NCBI GenBank assembly: GCA_028534125.1
Contig: CM052816.1
Location: 19,344,001 to 19,408,000, forward strand
Source: Lama glama
Taxonomy: Eukaryota
DNA length: 64,000 nucleotides
Reading direction: 5' to 3'
This document shows, one piece after another, positions 1-10,820 of the stretch. Numbering within the stretch: position 1 is the stretch's first letter; each line of letters opens with the position of its first letter. Both the position numbers and the translations under genes were made by a program. The notes beneath the pieces were generated by a model. The model saw only the letters and a program-made list of their open reading frames with translations. It was not told the origin of the DNA and searched no databases.

Positions 1-352
1 GTCTGGGGCTTTTGAAAACTTTAGATGGGCTCAGACTAACTCCAGAGGTTGGTGGGTGCTTGCTCAGGTCTGAGCCCCTGACTGGGGTTCCTCCCCTAAC
101 TGAGGAAGTGTGGGGGTGGGGGCTGCTCCAAATGCCCCCCCTGAGGACTGCGCTCCCTCCCCTGACACACCTGACAGATTCTCTTCCACAGATGCCGGCC
201 TGGCCCCTGGGACCACACCGCACAATGAGGCCCACACCTGCGAGGAATGTCTGTAAATCCCAGGCTCTGCACAGGGCAGCCAGAGCACAGGGAACGGCAG
301 CAAATCCCAGGATAAAAGCAGAAGCCATCCTGTTGACAATTCATTCCTGTTT

Positions 353-532
353 NNNNNNNNNNNNNNNNNNNNNNNNNNNNNNNNNNNNNNNNNNNNNNNN
401 NNNNNNNNNNNNNNNNNNNNNNNNNNNNNNNNNNNNNNNNNNNNNNNNNNNNNNNNNNNNNNNNNNNNNNNNNNNNNNNNNNNNNNNNNNNNNNNNNNNN
501 NNNNNNNNNNNNNNNNNNNNNNNNNNNNNNNN
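353..532. other. N-block, 180 nt (gap or hard-masked segment)
   Basis: Run of n seen directly; flanks are unique non-repeat sequence. Confidence 0.95.
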
Positions 533-854
533 TGGTTCCTCTTAGAGACCCTAATCACTCAGCTCTGAGAAGACAAATGCAAAGGCTGCCAAGCTAACTT
601 CTGACTTTCTAGAGAACGGAGGCCAGCTGCAGACTCCCGGCTGGGCACCCAAGGGCAGGCGGGCTCAGGGTCGCGTCTGGAGGCTGGGCTGTTCTACAGA
701 GCATCATTCTGGTGCTCGACCTCCCGTAATGAGTCCTCTAGACTTCTGCATGAGTTTCTTCTGCATCTGTCTATGGCTCTACAATCTTGTGTCAAAGTAG
801 AAATGGCATCAAGGGTAATGGAGGGAAAGTGTAAGGAAGAGAATTCAGATGGGG

Positions 855-970
855 CTGAGATACCTGGCTCTGATCCTGGCTTTGACACTGATTGGCTATG
901 CTGCCAGAGAACAGGCTTCACCTCTCTACGCTTTGGTCTTCTCATCTGGGCATTTGGAACAAATGACCTC
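855..970 (+). mobile_element. MIR SINE fragment
   Basis: cctggctttgacact...cacctctctacgctttggtcttctcatctg resembles the MIR core (CTCTCTGTGCCTCAGTTTCCTCATCTG). Confidence 0.5.
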
Positions 971-1249
971 TAGAGACCCACCCAGGTGACATTCCACGAG
1001 TGAGACATGCAGGCAGAGATGTTTAAGCCAGAAAGCACGCAAAAGCGCAGTGCCAACAGGCAGACCCCAGCTAAGCCAGGGAGCCGGCATCTGTGGGGCA
1101 ATTTGGCCCTCACTGGATGTGTACACATGGGGCGGCAGAGGCTGACACAGGTAACTGAAGAGAAAAACATCTTTTTAGCTTGAAGGCGCCCAGAACTGAT
1201 GCACAAATGCACACATTAAAAAAAAAATTAGATACTATCTAAGATGAAA

Positions 1250-1640
1250 TACCTATATTTCCCCCATATCCACCTCCCTTTCTTTCAGCAACAAGCTTAA
1301 TTTTATTGATGATCCTTCCCTCCCACACTCTGATTCCACAAAGGATAGAGCCACAGTCCCACATCTAAGCTAATGGGCACATGGCCCTCCCCTGGCCAAG
1401 TAACTGGTCCAAGAGAGGGCATACGACAAAAGCTAGTCCAATCTGGGTGCTAGGAATGCTGGACCAAGTAAGAGAGTAAGCAGGTGCAGAAGGGCCGCTG
1501 TCATCTTTTACCCACATGGGGCTTGAGAATAGGACTTAAACGAACTGAAGAATGGGAGAAAGAAACCCTATCACGGAGACAGTTTGGGTACTAGATCAAG
1601 CCACAGCTGATCTAGCCATAGGCTACTAAGAGAACACTAA
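1250..1640 (+). mobile_element. ERVL-MaLR solo LTR, MLT1J/K-like, degraded
   Basis: ccctggccaagtaactggtccaagagagggcatacgacaaaagctagtccaatc and gatcaagccacagctga resemble old MLT1 LTR consensus segments. Confidence 0.55.
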
Positions 1641-1764
1641 GGAAACATCATATCTGATTCCTCACATTCTTAATCTTTCTTTGAAGAAGTCCTTTGCCAA
1701 TTCAGAGATCAGAGCAGATGCACAAGCACATCCAGACAATTCCCCCAGCTGAAAATGGATTCAC

Positions 1765-1990
1765 CCAGTCATCTACTGATTTAACAAATATTTCACTAAG
1801 TGTCACCTCTGTGCCATCAGTGGTGATCAAGGCATAGTCCTTCTCTCAAGAACACTCAGAATAGGAGGACACAACCTCGCAGCTGGTAGTTTTGCTGCAG
1901 TGTGAGGACAGCTCTAACAGAGGACATATGGGGGCTGTGGACAGAGCCTCTAACACAATGAATGGGTCAAGGAAGGCTTCCCAGCAGGAG
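1765..1990 (-). mobile_element. L2 LINE 3' fragment
   Basis: atttaacaaatatttcactaagtgtcacctctgtgcc...gtcaaggaaggcttccc is the reverse of the L2 3' end. Confidence 0.6.
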
Positions 1991-2599
1991 TCTAAAGGCA
2001 ACCACATACCCTCTGAGATTGAGAGCCAACAAACTCTTCACTGACTAATCTCAGCAGTCCCCAAAGCAAGCCTGTGTCAGAGACTGGAAGTCTGGAGCTC
2101 ATCAAAGGGAGAACTACACCTCACAGACCTCACTCTGTCACTATGTCACAGCATCCTCTCTGACTGATGACTGTACAGGACTCCAGCACTAGTATCAACA
2201 GGACAAAGACCAGCCACCTACCCCCAGAGGACGTCTGAGGTTCCTTGGGAAGGTGCCAAAGGGAGTCAGAGCAGGCCAGGTGGAGGGCCCTGTGTGCCCA
2301 CTGCCACGACAGCAGCCCTTCTGGACATCTCCTAACAGACCCAGGCCAGCCTCTGGGGGTCCTGTCAGCAGAGGGAAACCTTCAGCAGAGCCCTGATCAG
2401 CCGGCTCCATTTGATACGGTCTATGAGGATGGCCACGGGTTTGTGGCACTGACCCAGGGGGAAGAGGTCAGTGCCAGAATCATCCCAACACACAGTCCTC
2501 ACTCCGCAGACAATCAGGACCAGGATAAGAATGACATTTAATCCTCTCCTGCCTCTGTTTTACCATAATATGATGAAGACCAGAAGCCAAGAAAAGCTA

Positions 2600-2860
2600 T
2601 TACAAGAGCACAAGAGTGTGGACTTTGGAATCAGCAAGTCCTGAGTTTGAGTCCAATTATTAAGCTGTATATTATGTTCCTTCAAATAATATTAACAACT
2701 AATTTAAAAAGTCAGGGTTAAGAAAATTAAATAAGAAGTCAGGGTTTCTGCCACTCAGTTTCCTCATCTGTAGAACGGAGCTGGTACCCTCCTCCTAGGG
2801 CTCGCTGGCAGCACAGGTAAAGCACAGAGGGGAGCACAGTAAACGCTGAATGAGCAGCAG
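2600..2860 (+). mobile_element. MIR SINE, interrupted by an AT-rich insert
   Basis: gactttggaatcag...ctcagtttcctcatctgtagaacgg...gcacagtaaacgctgaatg. Confidence 0.65.
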
Positions 2861-3954
2861 CAGCAGGAGCCATGTAACTAGCAGTACTGTCTTCTGACCA
2901 TCACTGCTGTTCCCACAGAGATGGCCACTCCGTCCACTGGAGAAGACGTACACAGCTATGAGATAAAACTGGGGACACGCTAATGGAAAACAAGAGGAAG
3001 TATCAGGGTCTAGAATAATCCTCTCCCACAAACCACACGTGAGGGCAAAAAGCAGAGTTTCACAAACTCAGCCCACGGCCCCCGCAGAGCCCCAGAGCTG
3101 CGAGCAGAACACCGCAGCCTCGCCCTAGTCACGTGAGGGCCTGTCCCACCAGCAGTCTCAAGGCCAGGGCTCAGAACCCTCATTTTCTCTGTCTGTAAGG
3201 GGGCTCCAGGACTGCTTAAAAGGGGCCTCTAACACTCTCAGGTCCCTAGAGTCCCAAGGCCACCAGCTCGAGGAATGTCCCCCGGGGTGCCCCCAACCCT
3301 ACAGCCCATATTCCCTCAGGCCAAGGGTCAGAAGTCCTGGCAGTTTTCCCCCTTGAGATCTTCAGAAGCCTCTCCTTTCTCCTGGCAGCTTTCTAGAAAG
3401 ATGCCTGGCTGGCACCAGGCTCCTTATGAGGCCTATCATAGCCCAGGGGACGCCAGTGGCTGGAGGAGGCAGACTGAGGTCAGCCCGGTCCCATTGGGAA
3501 CAAAGAACTCAGCTGTAGGGCCCTGGGCAGGGCAGAGGGCAGGCCCTGCAGAGATTCACAGACCACATGTCACCAGGCCCTGGGAGGGCAGGCTGCAAAC
3601 TTCGTGGCCCAGTAGGCCTAAGAAGGGGCCTCAGTCAGGCTCAAACCCCCTTCTTGCCCCATCTCTTCTCACACTTTCCCCAGAAAAGGCAGCATCAGAA
3701 TGCATGCAGCCTGAGATCTCAACGCTATCCTTTTCCTGGTCTGCCCCCAGGTGTCTCCCCATGAAGCAACCTGAGCTCCTCGGGCAGCAGCCCCACCTGC
3801 CTTGCCCCTCACTGGAAGGTACCTATTCCTCAGCTCAGAACAGATCCCTGTTGAGTCCGTTTAGCATCTTCCCCATGCTGGACACATCTGGCATCCAAGA
3901 TGACCATGTACGGCCCTATCCCTCAGGCACCAACAATTCCAGTAGCGTCACAAA

Positions 3955-4150
3955 AGCTGCCACTGAGTGTCTCCTGTGTGCCAGTCCCTACACCAGATGG
4001 GTCTCATATTTTTAACCTCGCAACTCTGCAAGGTAAGCATTCCATTCCTCATTATACAGATGAATAAACTGAGGAGATGGAGAGCTATGCTACCATCCCC
4101 AGGACACACAGAAATCAAGTGCAGAGCTGAAAAAGGAATCCAGGACCATC
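3955..4150 (-). mobile_element. MIR SINE
   Basis: cctcattatacagatgaataaactgagg...cccaggacacacag = reverse MIR core. Confidence 0.7.
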
Positions 4151-4224
4151 TCTGCAGAAAGAACGTTGACTTTGGGGTTGGATACCACCCTCACTATTAT
4201 TTGTTCGAAGTCCTTTAAATAATA

Positions 4225-4460
4225 TTAACACCAATGGAGTACATATTATCTGTCAAGCAATTTCTAAAAGCTTCACATACATTAACTCATTTAATTCTCA
4301 CAGCGACCCTAGAGGGAGGACCTATTATGATCCCCAGGGGATCTTCCCACAGGAAGAGTAAGCTACAAGTCTAAGGTCTCAGTCTGTACAGGGCAGACCC
4401 AGAATTTGAACCAGGCAGTTTGGCCCCAAAGCCCTGCTCTCACTAGCATACCCTCCTGCC
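4225..4460 (-). mobile_element. MIR SINE
   Basis: attaactcatttaattctcacagcgaccct...gaatttgaaccaggcagtttggccccaaagccc. Confidence 0.75.
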
Positions 4461-6299
4461 ACCCACAGACTCGGGTCTCATCCTTGGTTCTAGCACCTGA
4501 GAAATCTAATATCTGAGATTGCACATGTTGGTTAACATCTTCTAATTTCCACCAACCACAATTATAACTATTAACTGCAAAAAAAAGTACTGCAAGGGGA
4601 TTCCTACAGTCAGTGGGTATCAGCGGTCATATACAGATTACACACTAGGAAATTCCACCTTGGCGAGGAGAGGGCCCAGGTAAGAGAAAAAGGACCTCAA
4701 GTGTCCACAGCCATCCCAGGGCCCCCATCACCCTGACACTGGGTGGAAGACAGTCTGAGGCTTGGGGATCCAGGGCCACCTGGAGGAGGTAAAACAGCTG
4801 GAGCCAGGGACAATGGAGCTTGGACCAACAGCTCCGAAGGAAAACAGGTCCACAAGGCACTCAAACTCCACACCCAGTGTGTTCTGCCCCCCGGAGGCCC
4901 TAGGAGGGTTGGCCATGCAGAATCCGAGTCCTGGAAAGAGCAGAGGGGACAGAGGCTACAGGGCCACACCCCAGCTCCTTCTCTGGCACCCAAAGGAAGC
5001 CCTGTCCCCACACACCCTCCCCTCCGGCCACTTCCCCCATCCCTCCAGCTATCTCCATGGCAACAGGAGATGATTCTCTTGGTAAACAAAATGTTTTTCC
5101 TTTTCTCAAAAGACACACACAATGGGACACGCCTGCCTGTCCTTTATCCAGGTATTGTTCAAGCCTAGAAGGGTAGTCACATCACCCAAGCAGGCCTCTC
5201 CACCCCCACAGCTGAGACATGCTGTCACTTCACACCACGAGAGGTGCCACCTACGTCCTTCCCCAGCTCCAACACGGCAACAACAGGTCCATCTCAAGGG
5301 AACAAGAAATGAGATGCTTCAGCCAATACGCCTCCACTGTTTCCTGGCTCAGAAATGGCACTAGGTCGCCCCTCCAGTCATTCCGTAGGTGGCAGAGAGC
5401 GACCCGACACACAACACATACTGGGCCACTGCTAGAGACCAGAACCCCATCAAGACGTAGGAGAATGTACTGACACAGCAAGGAAAAAGGCTTTCAGAGA
5501 TGGGGAGTATTTTGCATAAAGCTCTACAGTTTTCATCATCCCTGGACACTCCGGGGCCCTGGGTGATGTCTGAGTCTTCAGCTTCGACCACCATCTCTCT
5601 CAGCATGCTCAGGGAAAGCCTTGTTCCCCAGCCCTCCACACACCAGTTCTCACAAGACTCAGCTTCCCCGACATCTCTTCCCGCAGCCCCAGCCCCACAA
5701 GCCAAATGTTCCTCAACTACCCATCTAGTGGAGGAATCAGTCCGCTTTGGCCAAATGGTTCCCAAACCACACACCTTCTAAAGATTTAGAAGTTTCCTGG
5801 GCAATGCCTTAAATCAGAAGACGCTCCAAATTGGTGTCTAACCCAAACATCAGCACCACCCCTTCTTTCTCCGTCACACACCTCTGCAGCCACCTGCCTT
5901 CCTCCCCTGCCCCAGCCTGGGCCTGGAGATCTGTCTCCTGCTCACCGAGATCTCCCACCACACCCATAGCTGGCATGTCTAAAGAGTTTTCAACCAGTCG
6001 CTTCTCAGACACACATCAGCCATACTGTTGTCTACTTTCAGGACAGAAATAGATAAGAATGGTAGGGGTGGTGGTGCGAAGTAAGAGCTTGACACATTTG
6101 AAAGCCTTGACATGTTTCAGAGGAGAACCAGCAGGCTGGGGAGGAATGTTCTATGGTGCCTAATTCCTGGTAAGTAGCCCCTGGAAACTGCCAGGAGGAA
6201 AATCCTGGCATGGCTTCGATCCAGTCGCTTAACGCTAACTCCAGCTTTCCCATCTTGGGATGAGGCTCTTAGCTTTGGAGGGGCAGAGTGGGCCCCACA

Positions 6300-6600
6300 C
6301 TTTCCGCAGCAGCAAAGCTCGCGGTCGCAGACTCTGCAAAGGGAGAAAAAGCTGCGAAGCCCTGGCTTTGTGCAGTGGACAGCCACGTCCGGACCTGCTC
6401 TCTCCTCTCAGCGCCAGACTCCAACCTGCCCACCCCTAGACACAGAGAGAAAACGTCCAGGTCAGGGTATTCTGCCAAACGCCCGGCCCCCGGGGGACAG
6501 GCTGCAGCAGCAGCAAGCCCAGCCCAGCGCCTCCCCCTCACACGTCCGCAGCGGCAGCAGGCGCACACCCCGGAGCCGGACTTCCCAGGGCCAGAACTCA
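6300..6600. promoter_or_regulatory. Small CpG-enriched GC-rich patch (possible regulatory element)
   Basis: Local cluster of CpGs (ctcgcggtcgc, cgcccggcccccggg, cgtccgcagcggc, gcgcacaccccggagccgg) against a CpG-depleted background. Confidence 0.3.
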
Positions 6601-6609
6601 GCTCCTCCA

Positions 6610-6760
6610 CTCTGGCTGTGCGACTCTGGACAAGACGTTACCACCCACGTCTGTAAAACCTGGGTATATCATCCACCTCGGAGACTGGCTGTGAGGCCTA
6701 TATGAGTTAATACCGATGAGGCCCCTAGAACTGTTTCTGGCATACATATAAGCGCTGTGT
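6610..6760 (+). mobile_element. MIR SINE
   Basis: gtctgtaaaac...gctgtgaggcctatatgagttaat...tagaactgtttctggcatacatataagcgct. Confidence 0.65.
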
Positions 6761-8095
6761 CAGCTTTATACTTTTTCATTTTCAATTTAACTATCGCTAC
6801 CACTGACCCCTGGAAACAAATGGCCTCTGAAACTCTGAAGTAAAATTCTAACTTCTGTCCTACGCATGGGGCCCCTTAGGAATCACAGCTGACCGAGCGC
6901 TGCCTCCATCTCTGCCGGCTGTCCCCCACCCAGCACCTCGCACAGCTCTGGGCACCAGCCAGTGCCTGCTCGGCATTTGCTGAATTGAACAAATGAGATT
7001 CCAGATCTCCCCCTGCCCCTGTGAGTGTTTTCTAGGTGAGTGTCACGTTCTCTGTCCGCTGGAAAGTAGGGCACCAAGGCTTGTATAGTTCTGCCGTCTC
7101 AGGAAGCCCATACAAATCAAAGCACAGCCAGTGAGAAAATGAAAGAGAGAAATGAAATGAAAGATGGTGATCATGAACAGAGCCAGGAGGACAAGTCCAA
7201 AAGTGTCCTTTCTTTACGTGGAGAAATCACAAGGCTGTCTCCTTGCAGAAAAGATATAATTAGATCTGAAACTAAAGCCCTGGGAACCAGCACACAGCAT
7301 CACAGAGCCCCTCCATCTCTCCAAACCCATCACCTGACGAATCATCCCAGGGGCATGGGGCTGGGGTGGTGCAGATGCCACCCCAAGAACTGCTTTCCCA
7401 ATCAGACACCCAGGCTGGAGGATTCCAGAAGGAACTGCAAGTGCCCACATGTCCACATCCTGCAGTGGTAACAGAAACGGAGCCCGCCAGTGTCAAGGCT
7501 CCACATTTGTACAGACAGGCACCTGAGTGTTTGCTTAAGGCCTGCAAGCCCTTCTTGCATCACGTCAGATGCCAGCAGCAGCTGGGGTTTCCATTGCCTA
7601 AGAATTCCTAGAGCGTAAACACAGGGCCTGTACCTCTCTCTTCCACACCGGGAATGCCACAGGGAGGGTGAGCCCCTGGGTTAAGGGAGAGTCTTGTAAA
7701 GCAGCCAGAAGGCAACTCCCCTTAACAAAGAGCCTTCCTCCCCTTCACATGTGCCTTTATAAGGCCTCTTGCCACTCATGAGAATTTGAGCAGAAGCAAA
7801 GATGGAGAGAGAGAAAAAGGAGCTGCATCGAACTTCCCAGAGCCACAGACAAGCTTCTAGGTCAGCGAGGGTCCGGCAATGCCAAGAACATGGAATCGTG
7901 ATCTTGGGTTCTAAAAGGCTTCCCTGGTAACAAGAACTTGACCTTAAGCCTGCTTAGCCCACAGACCACATGATAGCTCCTAAGACATGCCAGTTAAGTA
8001 TGTTCAACTGAGAAATTGCAACTAGAACCCAAGTCTTTGCCATTTTATTCAAAAATGTTTACTTCATGTTTCCCTATTAAATATAAGCAACTTCC

Positions 8096-8251
8096 NNNNN
8101 NNNNNNNNNNNNNNNNNNNNNNNNNNNNNNNNNNNNNNNNNNNNNNNNNNNNNNNNNNNNNNNNNNNNNNNNNNNNNNNNNNNNNNNNNNNNNNNNNNNN
8201 NNNNNNNNNNNNNNNNNNNNNNNNNNNNNNNNNNNNNNNNNNNNNNNNNNN
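8096..8251. other. N-block, 156 nt (gap or hard-masked segment)
   Basis: Run of n; AT-rich unique flanks with FOX (TGTTTAC) and SOX-like motifs. Confidence 0.95.
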
Positions 8252-8984
8252 GAAGAGCAAAGGCATCCTTTGCTTTGTTAAGTTAACAAAAGGCTAACAA
8301 GCAAGGCTCTTGGGGGAAAGGGATCACAATGGCCTCCTAGAGCCCTTTCACTGCCTTTGTAACTGTTACATCTGCTGACAGTGGACCAGCATAGCTTCTT
8401 TGGTGGCACTAGGCAAGTCCCCTGAGCCTCTGAACCTGGCCCTGGGAGGAGGCTGGCGTTCACAGCGTGCCCAGCACCTGTCACCACTAGCACCAGCGAG
8501 GCCCCAGCTCCATCACCACATCCCGCTCGGGGTTTCCTGATGACCTTACAGGGGGCTCTAGAAAGAAAGAGAGAAAGAGAAAGGAAGAAAGGGAGGGAGG
8601 GCTTACACACTGCCCTCAGGAATCAGTCCCCTCTCCCATTCCTAAGGGGGCCACCAACAGTGTCAGCACTCGAAGGTCCCTTCCAGCTGTAGCTTTCTTA
8701 CCCTGATCATCCTTTAAAATTACCCAGCAAGCCATGCCCAGCTGAGAGCTATGTATCACCAGGGAGCGCCTACTAGCCTGGCACCCTTCTTCTCAAAGGC
8801 CTGCAAGGCCCCCTGCCCCGCGGCTGACACCCCCTGAAACTCGAGCATCCAGGCTCTGCAGAGCTGGGCTAGGCTGGACTGGCTGCATGGGAGGCTGGTG
8901 GCTTCTCCCCACCCTGCCTCACACACTCGCTTCCCTGTAGGAAAAACGTGACACCAATGGATCTGCCCCAGAAAGCATTAGGTT

Positions 8985-9400
8985 ATGAAAATTTGAGCTC
9001 CATTCAATTACTCCTATTAAATGCATGAGCAGAACACTGTAGTTGGTGGGCTGGATTCTTGTTCAGAAAAATAAGCAGGTTTATATTTCAAACTGGAAGA
9101 CATCTTTAACCAAGGGAGTCAACGGACAAAGTAACTTTGGATCTTTTCCTCTTCGGCGATGCTCCACTCAGGAGAGAAAGGAGCCTCAGTGACCGGGATT
9201 CCAGGCCCACTCTAGTGATGTGTCGGGCTTACACCTAATTAAATTAAGCCACAGCCACCTCACTCCCACCCGGGCTAGAGGGGGCCCATAAATTATGCTG
9301 CCCTGAGCTCCCCACAAATTGCCTCTCCCCAAAGAGAGCTTCACCAGTGGAGAAAACGCATCCAAGGCTGTGCGTGGCGGTGAGGCCCTGGTAATTGGCC
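8985..9400. promoter_or_regulatory. Candidate homeodomain-rich enhancer
   Basis: TAATTAAATTA (paired-like P3 dimer site) 9236-9246, CCCATAAA 9285-9292, GTAATTGG 9391-9398; non-repeat. Confidence 0.4.
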
Positions 9401-10067
9401 CTCGCCTCGGTGCAGCCTCTCCCACTTGTCCGTCAGTGGAAGATAATGAGCGGCCAAAGCGAGGGGGAGGCTCAGAAAACTGGGTGAGTGAAAGGGCTTT
9501 GCTCCAGAACCCAGGCCAGCCAGCTGGTCTTGCTCCAGGTGACCCAGGGTGGCAGGGAAGCCATGGGGCAAGAAGGAATGGAACCGTCTCTTGAGTGTGG
9601 CCTCACTGCTCCATCCTGGGCACATTTCTCATAGCCCACAAGCCACACTGGCAGGTAGTGAGCTGGATGGTGGGCAGTCAGCAGGTCTGCACGTAACACA
9701 ACCTCTAGGGTGCTGCGGGTGAACAGCTGTGTCTGCTAAGAACCCCAGAGTGGAGGCCCCGACTGTGCAGTGTAAATAAACCAAACAGGACTTCCTGGAG
9801 GAAGAGAAGGAAAGGAATGCCCCATGGGACCCAACCACAGTTACTAGAGAGGGTCCCTAGCTCGGCTCTCCCTGCTCCTTCCCACAACACTCAGGACGGG
9901 GGACCAGGCAGGGGGAAGCTGTTCCAGAGAATGTCTCTGCCTCTCTGTCTTCCCAGCACAAGTTACTGTTTTTCTGCCCAAAGCAAAGCAAAAAGTCTCC
10001 ATCGTTTTCACAATGGGAGTGGCCTCCATTATGTGTAGGAAATCCCCCAGGTATGAAGGGAAGGAAG

Positions 10068-10198
10068 NNNNNNNNNNNNNNNNNNNNNNNNNNNNNNNNN
10101 NNNNNNNNNNNNNNNNNNNNNNNNNNNNNNNNNNNNNNNNNNNNNNNNNNNNNNNNNNNNNNNNNNNNNNNNNNNNNNNNNNNNNNNNNNNNNNNNNN
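10068..10198. other. N-block, 131 nt (gap or hard-masked segment)
   Basis: Run of n; flanked by GGAAATCCCC (10038-10047) and TGACTCA (10200-10206). Confidence 0.95.
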
Positions 10199-10607
10199 TT
10201 GACTCACATGCGCTGTTGTGGCAGGCTCGTCTGCTTTGTTCTGTGTTCAGAATTCACTCATTTCAGGCTCTCTTATCCAAAAATGACTGTGCCGTGAAAA
10301 CCAGCCCCATTTTAGACAACTCCCTAGATTTAAGGGACATTTCTTTACACATCACTTCTCTGCACTGTGCTGCCACTCATAAAGGCAGGGTGGAGAGGAT
10401 GATTTCAGGCTAACTCCTCTTCCACATCTGCCTCTGTTCCTCGCAGAGCTTGGGCGAGGACCTTGGGGAAGAGGCTGTGCTGCTCGGCTGAGGGGCAGGC
10501 TGGGTAATTGGGCTCTGCAGCTACGAAAACCTGGCAGCCCACAGGGGAGCCAGGCAGGTCCCTCCCTCCGATGGTCTCTTGAACGGCTCTTGCTGGATTT
10601 GGACAAT

Positions 10608-10820
10608 AGCTATAATAGCAGACATTACTGAGCACCAGGCACTTTACATGCACCATTTCATTCTCACAGCAACGCTGAAAAGGGCACCTTTATCCACTGT
10701 TACAAATAAAGAAACGGACTTGGAGGACTAAGGAAGTGGGCTGAGGACCCACAGCTGACCACTGATGGAGCTGGGTTTCCAACCCAGGGCTGATTCCCAA
10801 ACACCCATCCTTCCGCCCTT
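10608..10820 (-). mobile_element. MIR SINE
   Basis: ttactgagcaccaggcactttacatg...ttacaaataaagaaacggac...ggagctgggtttccaacccagg. Confidence 0.7.

Noticed and set aside
694-945. Protein-looking peptides such as SLEDSLREVEHQNDAL (here), LKQLATVSCVGEKFEV (about 20.2 kb, -) and EELEEVLQQGSELLKLLF (55.8 kb, -)
   Set aside because: No recognised homologue and no convincing pair of splice sites; treated as chance.
3275-4015. 246-aa ORF on +
   Set aside because: P/S/G/Q-rich, no recognisable domain, and its 3' end runs into a MIR; typical chance ORF in GC-rich DNA.
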